A stretch of 64,000 bases of DNA from an uncultured Draconibacterium sp. GTDB taxonomy: Bacteria > Bacteroidota > Bacteroidia > Bacteroidales > Prolixibacteraceae. The notes beneath the pieces were generated by a model that saw only the letters and a list, made by a program, of their open reading frames with translations, was not told the origin of the DNA and did no database searches. Below, in pieces: positions 37,075 to 46,603 of the stretch; position 1 is the stretch's first letter; each line of letters starts with the position of its first letter. Where the stretch lies: NCBI RefSeq assembly GCF_963674925.2, contig NZ_CAXXRE010000003.1:2047199-2111198 (forward strand). Direction: 5' to 3'. Made by a program: the position numbers and the translations under genes.

Positions 37075-38367
37075 CTAGTTAAAGGTTACCGATGCATATT
37101 TAAAACTGATTATCATTTCATCAAATTGTTTAATGTAATCTTGTCCAAAGTTTCCGTGAAAATTATTTTCCGCACCTCCAATATCTTCAATGTGCAGGCG
37201 AACGCTGTCAATTTGGGCCGCTGAATCTGCAACCTTTAAATTCAGCTTGTCGATTATATAACCTTCAAACTCAATAATACCACCGCCACTTCCGGCAGTA
37301 AATTTTTCTTTCTCAAAATTTCGTTCAACCTGGTTTTTATAGTCTTTATAAAATTGTGGATACAACGATGTGGTTGTGGCTCCTGTATCAAAATTAAAAC
37401 GCAAAGTATCGCCGTTATATTCGGCAGCAATAATCGGCATCAAACCATCCAACGCAAAATTATTGTACGCGTATTCTACCGGATTTTTCGGCACAAAAAT
37501 CTGGTTGTCTTTACTCACCCGAATTTCATCCATGGCTTCAATAACCGGAAATCCAATTGCTCCGTTTATATAATAATCGATTTGCGGAAAAGAAAGGTCC
37601 TTGTCGTCGAGTACCAAAAAGAAAACATTCTTAAAAATAATACCGGCAATGGTGAGTTCGGGCGCAATTGCTATGTCGCTTTTAACGCGTAAACCGGTTG
37701 CAGCAGTTACATAAAAATCGGCCTCTGTTATTTCTAAATTCAGTTTTTTTGCCAGCGACCGAACCATCACCGAAAAGTTGGCGCCGGTATCAAAAAGCAG
37801 GTTTTTGGTTGAGTCCCCAAAACTTACATCGATATTAAATAAGCCCACTTTATCCTTTGTCATTGGAATCAACGCATCAGCGGTTTTAACAATTTCCTGA
37901 CGGGGAACATCTTTTAATGCCTCCCAAATTTTTATTTCATTTTGCAGGTTTTCTAATTCTGATGAATCGTTCAGTGCTGCAAAATTGTTTAATATAAATT
38001 CACTGGCTTTTGCGGTCTCTGAATATTCGTACAGATTTACATGGTTTAAAAGTTTTGTACTGTACAGTTCGTTAAGCATCGTATCGGTAAGTGAGGCACC
38101 GTGTTTTTCGAGTAGTTCATCAATGGCCTTGTTCGATTCTTCTGCATTATTAAATACATTGCTGATTAATGCGCTGTAGTAAAGTTTATGCGTTTCTGAA
38201 AGCTGATCGATATTTTGATTGTAGGTTTCTTTGAGTTTGAAAAAGTCGGAAACTTCAATTAAATCTTCCAGCTTGTTCAGTACCTGCTGATTGGATATTT
38301 TGGTAGTCGATATTCCACAGCCAAATAAACTGGCAACGATAATAAGTATTGATAGAATTCTTTTCAT
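37075..38367 (-). CDS. Lipoprotein with two retropepsin-like aspartyl protease domains
   Basis: Lipobox LFG-C; LLFDTGA and FNFDTGA catalytic motifs; GAIG and GNFG closing motifs. Confidence 0.85.
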   Translation of the reverse strand: MKRILSILIIVASLFGCGISTTKISNQQVLNKLEDLIEVSDFFKLKETYNQNIDQLSETHKLYYSALISNVFNNAEESNKAIDELLEKHGASLTDTMLNELYSTKLLNHVNLYEYSETAKASEFILNNFAALNDSSELENLQNEIKIWEALKDVPRQEIVKTADALIPMTKDKVGLFNIDVSFGDSTKNLLFDTGANFSVMVRSLAKKLNLEITEADFYVTAATGLRVKSDIAIAPELTIAGIIFKNVFFLVLDDKDLSFPQIDYYINGAIGFPVIEAMDEIRVSKDNQIFVPKNPVEYAYNNFALDGLMPIIAAEYNGDTLRFNFDTGATTTSLYPQFYKDYKNQVERNFEKEKFTAGSGGGIIEFEGYIIDKLNLKVADSAAQIDSVRLHIEDIGGAENNFHGNFGQDYIKQFDEMIISFKYASVTFN

Positions 38368-38373
38368 GGTATT

Positions 38374-39048
38374 TTAGTCTTTTAATTTTAATGAATGGCG
38401 CAATGCCTCCTGAAGTTCTCTGTTTTTATCCAGTGCTTTTCTGTAGTGATTATTGTTTTGTTGAATAAGGGAAATTACGCCAAGATACATATTGGTAAAT
38501 TCCAGAGATTGATAACTTGCTTCATTTACAAATTCCTGCGATAGTAAATTGACGGTTTTGTATAAAACAGGAAACCCGTAATTATCCATATGTTTTTGGT
38601 GAAACTGCTCCACATTCTTTATCTCATTCAGAAAAGTGTAATACGAACTAATTTTCTCCTTTAACTGATAATCTGAGATCAAATTCAGATTTCCACTGTT
38701 GATAATGTCTTCATAGGTATCGTTCCCGGCCGACAACCATTCGATGTAGATAATTTCAGTTACAATCTCGCGTGCCTGGTCTTCGTTAAGAGGCTTATTA
38801 ACCAGTTCTGTTTCTTTTAAAATGGCAATTAATTTGTCAGATTTTAACTGACTACTTGAAATAAGCGAATCGATTTCATTTTCATTATTCTGAACGTCTC
38901 TGTAAAAACTGTTGAGGTATTTATATTCCAGCTTTTTCTCAGCAGCATTTTCACGCCAGTTATTCAGAATAAATCCGGCGGTTACGCCAATAAATACTAC
39001 CAGTAACTCTAAAGTATAATGCCACTTGTTGGTTCTATTCTTGCTCAT
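38374..39048 (-). CDS. DUF6090-like membrane protein
   Basis: YTLELLVVFIGVTAGFILNNWRE..E..YL; start ATG 39048. Confidence 0.7.
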   Translation of the reverse strand: MSKNRTNKWHYTLELLVVFIGVTAGFILNNWRENAAEKKLEYKYLNSFYRDVQNNENEIDSLISSSQLKSDKLIAILKETELVNKPLNEDQAREIVTEIIYIEWLSAGNDTYEDIINSGNLNLISDYQLKEKISSYYTFLNEIKNVEQFHQKHMDNYGFPVLYKTVNLLSQEFVNEASYQSLEFTNMYLGVISLIQQNNNHYRKALDKNRELQEALRHSLKLKD

Positions 39049-39313
39049 TCTGTTTTTATTTGAAAACAAATGTGCTTCAAAAAACGAAGCTGTGCGACCG
39101 AATAAATAAAGTCGAACGCTTTTGGTCGTGATATTTTTAAAGAAAATTACAGGAAAGTCATTAAGAAGAAACAAACAGATAGTAATGCACAAGTACAAAA
39201 TGATATTTTAAATTGATAAATTGAATGCGAGTTTTTTATTCAAACACAGTTTTTAAGTAGCTTTGTGTTATTAGAAACAAGATGAACAATTTTATTCATC
39301 AAAATAAATAACA

Positions 39314-40300
39314 ATGAACAAACTAAAACCTATTATTTTATTGATTGCAATTGCACTAACGGCTTTTGTTCCGGTGCAGGCACAGCGCGTTGAAAGCGAC
39401 TCGCCATTAATTGGCAAGTGGGATTTAACTATTAATATGACTCAACAACAGATCGAAAATCTCGGTCTTTTTCGACACGGTTTAATGGCTTCCGACGGTT
39501 TCCCCGGATGGCTTATGGTTAAATTATCAGGTTTCTCTACTTTAACCGGCTACTATGTTGGCTACGAGGGAAGTGCCCGTCCAATTGCCGAAGTCGTTTA
39601 CGATGAAGCTACGGATAAATATCATTTCACCATTCCGCCGCAATGGATGGATATTGATGATCTTTATTTTGAGTTTTCGCTAAAAGACGATAAACTTACA
39701 GGCTATCAAATGCTCGATGGTAATAAGCTGGAATGGACAGGTGTTCGGGCTCCATCACTTAAAAGAACTGAACCGCCAATTTGGGGAAATCCTATTGAGA
39801 TGATTACCGAAAACATGGAAAAATGGGTTATTCCGCAGAACAACAAATTTCAGATGATTGATGGTGTAATGGTTAACACTGAGTCGGGCGGTAACCTGGT
39901 TAGTATTCAGAAATTTGAGGATTTTAAACTTCACGTTGAATTCCGTTATCCGGCAGGAAGTAACAGTGGAATTTATCTTCGTGGCCGTCACGAATTGCAG
40001 ATTGAAGATTCAAAAGGAAGAACTGACGATGTGAGTATTGGTGGTATCTACGGGTTTATCGCTCCGGCAGTTTATGCGGCTAACGCACCGGGCGAATGGC
40101 AGACTTATGACGTGACACTTGTTGGGCGTCATGTTACAGTTTTGCTGAATGGAACAGAAGTTATTTCCAATCGCCCTATTCCCGGAATTACAGGTGGCTC
40201 GTTGGATAGCAAAGAAGGAGAACCTGGCCCATTTCAGATTCAGGGGGATCACGGACCGGTGGAATTCCGCAAATTTACCGTTACTCCGGCGGTTAACTAG
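39314..40300 (+). CDS. DUF1080 (3-keto-glycoside hydrolase/eliminase-like) secreted protein
   Basis: FEDFKLHVEF, NSGIYLRGRHELQI, GGIYG, GEWQTYDV, LQGDH-like IQGDHG. Confidence 0.85.
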   Translation: MNKLKPIILLIAIALTAFVPVQAQRVESDSPLIGKWDLTINMTQQQIENLGLFRHGLMASDGFPGWLMVKLSGFSTLTGYYVGYEGSARPIAEVVYDEATDKYHFTIPPQWMDIDDLYFEFSLKDDKLTGYQMLDGNKLEWTGVRAPSLKRTEPPIWGNPIEMITENMEKWVIPQNNKFQMIDGVMVNTESGGNLVSIQKFEDFKLHVEFRYPAGSNSGIYLRGRHELQIEDSKGRTDDVSIGGIYGFIAPAVYAANAPGEWQTYDVTLVGRHVTVLLNGTEVISNRPIPGITGGSLDSKEGEPGPFQIQGDHGPVEFRKFTVTPAVN

Positions 40301-40336
40301 ATTATGTGCTAAATATTCCAGAACATAAATTTACTT

Positions 40337-40366
40337 AAAGAGAGGCCTTTTCGGCCTCTTTTTTTT
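40337..40366 (+). terminator. Intrinsic terminator
   Basis: agaggcc-tttc-ggcctct followed by T run. Confidence 0.75.
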
Positions 40367-40474
40367 CTGAAAGTCCCCATCTTTTTATGTGTATTGCCGT
40401 TTGAGTTTCGTCCGGGAGAACCATCTGGCTTCGATCTGCTTTCTTCGCCGGACGATTTCCTTTTGTCATTTCAT

Positions 40475-40633
40475 CCCGGCGCTACGCACCGGGTTATTCA
40501 CATTAGACGCTTCCAGCGTCATAAAAACTTGCAATTGCAACATTGCAGATCAATAAACTCATCTTAATTTTGTAATTCAGCTTAATATCCCGAAGGGATA
40601 AAATGTGACTAACCTCGGGTGAAACCCGGGGTT
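40475..40633. repeat. Inverted pair of bipartite REP-like elements
   Basis: Hairpins at 40475-40493, 40506-40520, 40586-40600, 40611-40633; linker GGTTATTCACATT on plus and GGTTAGTCACATT on minus. Confidence 0.7.
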
Positions 40634-40880
40634 GATGTGCGGTAATTTAAAGGCGCAATCAGTAAGCTGTTCAATGCGCAATCGTTGTGTGCGCCTTGTA
40701 ATCTGGTCATTTTTATGAAATGCGTTTAACAGACTTTACTTTCATTCATGTTGGTGATTCCCGTGAATCATGATTGTTTTGTGCTATTCGGAAAAAGCAC
40801 GCTTCCTTAAATTCGAGTCAGACAAGGAGGGATTTCTATTTTTGCTAACTTACAGCACTAAACCAATAAAACGTAAGACA

Positions 40881-42029
40881 ATGTTGAAATCTTCTAAACT
40901 TTTCCTGCTGTCCGGATTAATGCTCATCACATTTTCGCAATGTTCAAATAAAACCGAAAAGTCGGTTAAGTTTTTGCTCCCTTTTACAAAAAATGCAGAA
41001 GTAAATCCGTGTTTATTGCCAACTACTAATCGCAGCTTTGTTTGTCCGGTGCGCCAAACGGAAGTGCTTTGGGAAGAAAAAGATGTTTTTAATCCCGCAA
41101 GTGTGGTAAAAGGCGACACGCTTTTTTTACTTTATCGTGCCGAGGATGTGCTGGGTAAATATCACGGAACTTCGCGTATTGGGCTGGCGTACAGTCTAGA
41201 TGGTTATCATTTTGAAAAATACAATGAACCGGTGTTGTTTCCCGATAATGATGAACTGAAAAAGTTTGAGTGGGAAGGAGGATGTGAAGATCCGCGGGTT
41301 GTGGAAGATCAAAATGGTGTTTATTACATGACTTACACGGCATATGACGGCGATAAAGCGCGTTTATTTGTGGCAACTTCAAGTGATTTGCGGCAATGGA
41401 CCAAACACGGTTCGGTATTTAAAAAAGCCGGAAACGAATATGTTGACATGTGGTCGAAATCGGGTTCAATATTGTGTCGCGAGGAAAACGGAAAAATGAT
41501 TGCCCAAAAAGTAAACGGTAAATACTGGATGTATTGGGGCGAGTCGAATATCTACATGGCAACTTCCGACAACCTGATTGATTGGAATCCTATTTTAGAA
41601 ACCGATCCCGATAAAATGGTGATTGATAAAATGCGCAACTACACCGTTCCGTTTAAGATTTTATTTTCAACGCGAAAAGGAAAATTCGACAGCGAATTAG
41701 TTGAGCCCGGTCCGCCGGCATTGTACACCGACAATGGATTTATATTCATTTACAACAGTAAAAACAGCCCCGACTTTGGAGACAAGAATCTGGCGCAAGG
41801 CTCTTATGCAGCCGGACAAATTCTTACCGATAAAAACGACCCGACAAAAGTGCTGGATCGCCTGGATAATTATTTTATCACTCCTGATCAACCGTTTGAA
41901 ATAACCGGACAGGTAAACAACGTGTGTTTTGTTGAAGGACTGGCACATTTTAAAAATAAATGGTTGTTGTATTATGGTACGGCCGACTCGAAAATTGCGG
42001 TTGCTGAATCGGGATCAGTTGATTTTTAA
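40881..42029 (+). CDS. Glycoside hydrolase family 130 protein, lipoprotein
   Basis: DVFNPA, LLYRAED, SRIGLAYS, GCEDPR, MTYTAYDG, WSKSG, VEPGPP, VCFVEGL, YYGTADS; FSQ-C lipobox; start ATG 40881. Confidence 0.88.
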   Translation: MLKSSKLFLLSGLMLITFSQCSNKTEKSVKFLLPFTKNAEVNPCLLPTTNRSFVCPVRQTEVLWEEKDVFNPASVVKGDTLFLLYRAEDVLGKYHGTSRIGLAYSLDGYHFEKYNEPVLFPDNDELKKFEWEGGCEDPRVVEDQNGVYYMTYTAYDGDKARLFVATSSDLRQWTKHGSVFKKAGNEYVDMWSKSGSILCREENGKMIAQKVNGKYWMYWGESNIYMATSDNLIDWNPILETDPDKMVIDKMRNYTVPFKILFSTRKGKFDSELVEPGPPALYTDNGFIFIYNSKNSPDFGDKNLAQGSYAAGQILTDKNDPTKVLDRLDNYFITPDQPFEITGQVNNVCFVEGLAHFKNKWLLYYGTADSKIAVAESGSVDF

Positions 42030-42173
42030 AGTATCGCTGATTTGGGAAATCAGCATGTTGTCTTTATGATATAGATCGGCGTGTTCGATAAACTTTACTT
42101 GCAGTTGGAAACACCGCTTAAAGAAAGTCTTCGAACCAAAGAAATCTGGTTCTGTCATTCAAAACAAGCTATT

Positions 42174-42244
42174 TTGTAATTCATGGTACGGTAATGGCGT
42201 GATCGTTTTTTAACAATTTTCAACCTCGTTTTGTGCCCGGATTT
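42174..42244 (+). repeat. Degenerate att-like junction copy upstream of the gsh operon
   Basis: caattttcaacctcgttttgtgcccggattt vs caatttcgacctctttttttgtgcccggattt at 14664-14695; minus frames read NPGTK/EVEN and ITPLP. Confidence 0.55.
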
Positions 42245-42414
42245 GTTACAAGACAATTTGGTGGCTGGTTGCATTGGCATTTCACCCAAACTTTAAATTA
42301 CAGGCAATATTTCATTCTTTGGAAACTATTCTGAAGACAATGTGTTAATTTCAAAAGTTATTACGAAAAGGGATGGTTAATCGCGATGGGCGATTTCCCG
42401 AAAAGCAATTTATT

Positions 42415-43419
42415 ATGATGGGAAAAAGCAATTATAATTTTAAACCGCTATCTGGTTATGAGCATTTTGAAGCCACCACGCAGATTATTATTGTCGAAAT
42501 TCTCCGTCGTAATTTAGCTTTTGAGATTATTGATGCCGATAATAATCTTATTTCAGTTCAGCACAACAATAAAGAATATATCATTCATGAAGGGACCATT
42601 TCGGATGCCAACAGCTTGATTGCCTTTTGGATATCAAACGATAAATGGATGACCCGGCAGTTTCTTCAGCGAAAAGGTATTCATCAGGCAAAAGGTATTT
42701 TGATCAAGCCCGGGTATCAGGCCGACGTTTTGGATGCGATTCCTTTACCGGCAGTGGTAAAACCAGCTGACACTGATCATGGAATTGCAGTAAGTACAAA
42801 TATTAAATCCCGCGAAGAGCAAATTGCCGCCATTAACAATGCTTTTAAATATTCCAAAAAAGTTATTGTTGAAGAATTTTGCCCGGGCCAGGAATATCGT
42901 TTTCTGGTAATTGATTATGTGGTTCGGGCCATAGCCTGGCGCGAACCCGCCAATGTTAGCGGCGATGGGAAATCTTCCATTCAACAATTGGTTAACGAGA
43001 AGAATAAAGGACGCGGAACGGATTACACGCACCCTTTACTAAAAATAAATATTGATGAGGAAGTGATCCGACATTTGAATGCGCTTTTGATGACACCTGA
43101 AACGATTTTGAAAAATGGGGAGAAAGTGTATTTACGGAAAAATTCAAACCTTAGTACCGGTGGCGACAGCATCGATGTAACCGATGATATCCCGGATTTT
43201 TACAAAAATGTAGCCGTTGAAGCAGCAAAGTCGGCAGGCCTGAAAATTGCAGGAATCGACATTATAATTAAGGATATGGAACAGCCTGCAACGCATGATA
43301 ATTACATTGTGGTAGAACTGAATGCTCCGGCCATGTTGTCGATGCATGACTATCCGTACATCGGGAAAAACCGCCATGTGGAAAAATATGTTCTCGACAG
43401 CATTCTGAATTCGAAGTAA
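42415..43419 (+). CDS. Stand-alone ATP-grasp ligase homologous to the glutathione-synthetase domain of GshF/GshAB
   Basis: TQIII.E..RR, VVKP, EYRFLV, PANVSGDG, YLRKNSNLSTGGDSIDVTD, GIDIII, MHDYPY; probable start ATG 42415/42418. Confidence 0.8.
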   Translation: MMGKSNYNFKPLSGYEHFEATTQIIIVEILRRNLAFEIIDADNNLISVQHNNKEYIIHEGTISDANSLIAFWISNDKWMTRQFLQRKGIHQAKGILIKPGYQADVLDAIPLPAVVKPADTDHGIAVSTNIKSREEQIAAINNAFKYSKKVIVEEFCPGQEYRFLVIDYVVRAIAWREPANVSGDGKSSIQQLVNEKNKGRGTDYTHPLLKINIDEEVIRHLNALLMTPETILKNGEKVYLRKNSNLSTGGDSIDVTDDIPDFYKNVAVEAAKSAGLKIAGIDIIIKDMEQPATHDNYIVVELNAPAMLSMHDYPYIGKNRHVEKYVLDSILNSK

Positions 43420-43450
43420 CTGATCGAGGCAAACAAACAAGAAAGTCAAA

Positions 43451-44818
43451 ATGACAGAAAAAGAAAAGAAGATAGAAATAAACCATAAATCGCAACTGAT
43501 CGACTATTTCGAACGAGGAAGTAAACCGCCGGAGAGGTGGGGAATCGGTACCGAAAACGAAAAGTTTTTATTTCGCAAAAAAGATTTCGGGCGCCTTTGT
43601 TTTGAACAGGATGGCGGAATTTTGAAGATCCTGAACAAGATGCAACAGGATGGCTGGGCGCCAATTCTTGAGAACGATATCGCAATCGGCCTTCGGAAAA
43701 ACGGTGCTTCCATTACGCTGGAACCCGGCGGGCAATTTGAACTATCGGGCGATAACTTTAGCACGATTCACGAAACGTACCGCGAAACCAAAAAGCATTT
43801 TCAGGAACTCAATACGATAAGTCAGTACTATAACTTTTTTAGTCTGCCAATGGGCGTTGACCCGTTGTCGGATGTGGCCGACGTGCCGTGGGTGCCTAAA
43901 GAGCGCTACCGTTGGATGCGCAATTACATGCCTACAAGAGGTGAGCTTGGATTGCATATGATGACAAACACCGCATCAACGCAGGTAAACCTGGATTTTG
44001 GCAGCGAAAGCGATATGGTAAAAAAGATGCGCGTGTCGCAGGCATTACAAGCGGTTGTTACTGCCATTTTTGCTAACTCTCCGTTTTCGGCAGGAAAACC
44101 CAATGGCTATTTATCGTATCGTTCGCATATCTGGAACCATACCGATCCGGATCGCTGTGGTTTTTTACCATTTGTTTTTGACGAGGGATTTGGTTTTGAG
44201 CGCTGGGTGGACTATTTACTGGATATACCAATGTATTACATTTTACGCGAGGGGGAATATATTACGGCAAACGGACTTACCTTTCGTGGATTTTTTGAGG
44301 GCAAGCATTCGCTAAAGCCAACTCAGGAAGACTGGGAAAATCACGTTTCCACTATTTTCCCGGATGTACGACTCAAACAGTTTATTGAAATGCGGGGTGC
44401 TGATGCCAGCTGTGTATCGCACATTGCAGCGGTTTCGGCTTTGTGGGTTGGCTTATTGTACGATGGTGAAAGTCTGGCAGAAGCCGATGAACTTATTTCG
44501 AAATGGGACGTTGACACCATGCAGGAGCTTCGTGCCCAGGTACCGGTAAAAGCGCTGAATGCAGAAAGCGGCAATCTGCACGCCGGAACAATTGCAAAAC
44601 AAATTTGCCGCATTGCTTCGGATGGACTTTCCCGGCGCGCGAAGGTGTGTTGCTGCGAAGATGAAAGTAAGTTTTTGGCTCCGGTTCGCGAAATTACCGA
44701 AAGCGGAATTACTGTGGCAGAAAAACTTTTGAAACGCTTCCACGAGGGCAACGAGACGCTGCCGGAATTGGTGTATAACTGGCAAAACGAACAGATGCAA
44801 AAATATATTGACGCCTAA
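43451..44818 (+). CDS. gshA: Glutamate--cysteine ligase, plant/alphaproteobacterial type
   Basis: GIGTENEKF, ITLEPGGQFELSG, PKERYRWMRNYMP, QVNLDF, FANSPF, IFPDVRLKQFIEMRGAD, WVGLLYD. Confidence 0.9.
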   Translation: MTEKEKKIEINHKSQLIDYFERGSKPPERWGIGTENEKFLFRKKDFGRLCFEQDGGILKILNKMQQDGWAPILENDIAIGLRKNGASITLEPGGQFELSGDNFSTIHETYRETKKHFQELNTISQYYNFFSLPMGVDPLSDVADVPWVPKERYRWMRNYMPTRGELGLHMMTNTASTQVNLDFGSESDMVKKMRVSQALQAVVTAIFANSPFSAGKPNGYLSYRSHIWNHTDPDRCGFLPFVFDEGFGFERWVDYLLDIPMYYILREGEYITANGLTFRGFFEGKHSLKPTQEDWENHVSTIFPDVRLKQFIEMRGADASCVSHIAAVSALWVGLLYDGESLAEADELISKWDVDTMQELRAQVPVKALNAESGNLHAGTIAKQICRIASDGLSRRAKVCCCEDESKFLAPVREITESGITVAEKLLKRFHEGNETLPELVYNWQNEQMQKYIDA

Positions 44819-44836
44819 ACGGCAAAAACAGGAATC

Positions 44837-46603
44837 ATGTTATCGAAACTTAAATTCTTATTAAAATACACGCATCAATACCGGTGGTGGTACACGGGAG
44901 GAATTATCTTTCTGATACTTACTGTCTGGACTTCGATTACGATTCCCGGTTTTATTCAGAAAACCATCGACCTGATAGCCGCTGGCCGTGAGGGAAATGA
45001 AGCTGAGTTTCATAAAAATGTATTGATAATTGTTGGATTGGCTGCCGGACTGATTTTGGTAAGAACGCTTTCACGGATTTTGATCTTTTTCCCGGCCCGC
45101 CTGATTGAACGACAATTAAAAGGCGAAATGTTTCAAAAACTGGCCTCGTTCGGAAAGGATTATTACGATAAAAACTCAACTGGAAATATTATTTCGCGAG
45201 TGAATAATGATATTAATGGGGTGCGAATGATTACCGGATTTGGCATTTTACAAATCGGGAATATTCTGTTATCCTTGTCGCTTACGCCATACATGATGTG
45301 GAAATTGTCACCCATGCTTACGCTGTACTGTGTAATTCCAATGGTAGTGGTTTTTGTAATTGTTCGTTATGGAATGAAGGTGATGGTTAAAAACACACAC
45401 GCAAGAATGGATACCTTGCAAAAACTTTCAGGGAAAATCATTTCCTTTCTTTCGGGAAACAGCGTAATAAAAAGCTATAATATATACGAGCATGCCGAAA
45501 ATGTTGTTCAAAAGGACAATATTGATTATTACGATGCCACGCTAAAAATCTCGTGGATTCGCTCCTTTGTAATTCCCTTGCTTGGCAACCTCGGACAGAT
45601 TTTAAAAATCATCATCTTTTTTGTTGGTGGTATGTATGTGATAAATGGCAAATTTACCATTGGGCAGTTGACAGAATACATTGCGTATGCCGCGCTGCTG
45701 GCCCATCCGATTATGGGATTGGGATGGGTACTCACCGTTTTTCAGCAAGGATTTGTGGGAATCAGCAGTATTCAAACCATTATGGACAGGGAAGGAATAG
45801 ATGATGAACGGAAGGCGCTGCCCGAAACGAAAAAGCAAGAACTTTTTAAAGATGGAATTCACGTTAGAAACCTGAATTATACCTACCACAACGGTGATAA
45901 ACCGGTATTGAAAGATATTTCATTTTCGATTAAACCCGGCCAGATTGTTGGCATAACCGGTAAAGTTGGATCGGGTAAAACCACATTAATTCAGTGTTTA
46001 AATGGCTATTTACGCCCCGGTGAAGGCCAGATCTTTTATGGAGATGTTGATGCCGATTCGATAAGAAGTGAAGACATTCGTTCAGTTGTAAATACAGTTA
46101 GTCAGGAAGTTTTTCTGTTTTCCGATTCGATTGAAAACAACATCGGTTTAACCTCTGACGAAACGATTGACGAGAAACGTTTTGACGATGTGATTTACAA
46201 AAGTGCTTTTGCCGACGAACTGTTGCGTTTTCCGAAGAAAGGGAAAACAATGGTGGGCGAAAAAGGAATTATGCTTTCGGGAGGACAAAAACAACGCATT
46301 AGCCTGGCACGGGCACTTTACACGCAAGGCGAGCTGTTGATTCTCGATGATGTGTTTTCGGCTGTCGACACAGATACCGAGCGCTTTCTGATAAAACAAA
46401 TTGTGGAAAACCATGCGGTAAAAAGTCTGGTAGTGATTTCGAACCGCGTTAGTGTGCTGGAGAAAACCGATTTTACCATTGTACTGGAAGATGGGAAAAT
46501 GGCGGCTATAGGAAATCATCAGGAATTATTGAAACAATCTGACTTTTACCGCGACATCTCGAAATTGCAGCAGGAAGGTGAAACAAAAAAGGAGAAGGTG
46601 TAA
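44837..46603 (+). CDS. Heterodimeric ABC exporter subunit (non-catalytic Walker B)
   Basis: 6-TM N-terminus; GKVGSGKT, LSGGQKQ, LILDDVFSAVD (Asp for Glu), ISNR (no His switch). Confidence 0.9.
   Translation: MLSKLKFLLKYTHQYRWWYTGGIIFLILTVWTSITIPGFIQKTIDLIAAGREGNEAEFHKNVLIIVGLAAGLILVRTLSRILIFFPARLIERQLKGEMFQKLASFGKDYYDKNSTGNIISRVNNDINGVRMITGFGILQIGNILLSLSLTPYMMWKLSPMLTLYCVIPMVVVFVIVRYGMKVMVKNTHARMDTLQKLSGKIISFLSGNSVIKSYNIYEHAENVVQKDNIDYYDATLKISWIRSFVIPLLGNLGQILKIIIFFVGGMYVINGKFTIGQLTEYIAYAALLAHPIMGLGWVLTVFQQGFVGISSIQTIMDREGIDDERKALPETKKQELFKDGIHVRNLNYTYHNGDKPVLKDISFSIKPGQIVGITGKVGSGKTTLIQCLNGYLRPGEGQIFYGDVDADSIRSEDIRSVVNTVSQEVFLFSDSIENNIGLTSDETIDEKRFDDVIYKSAFADELLRFPKKGKTMVGEKGIMLSGGQKQRISLARALYTQGELLILDDVFSAVDTDTERFLIKQIVENHAVKSLVVISNRVSVLEKTDFTIVLEDGKMAAIGNHQELLKQSDFYRDISKLQQEGETKKEKV

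Larger units (their letters stand above)
14647..42244. mobile_element. Tandem array of decayed integrative elements anchored at the tRNA-Asn 3' end (right boundary uncertain)
   Basis: Repeated GGGGAGC core plus GAGGTC/GACCTC hairpin plus TGCCCG arm at 14.64, 19.17, 28.38, 30.40 kb and degenerate at 20.96 and 42.2 kb; accessory and partly AT-rich cargo between; no intact integrase. Confidence 0.6.
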
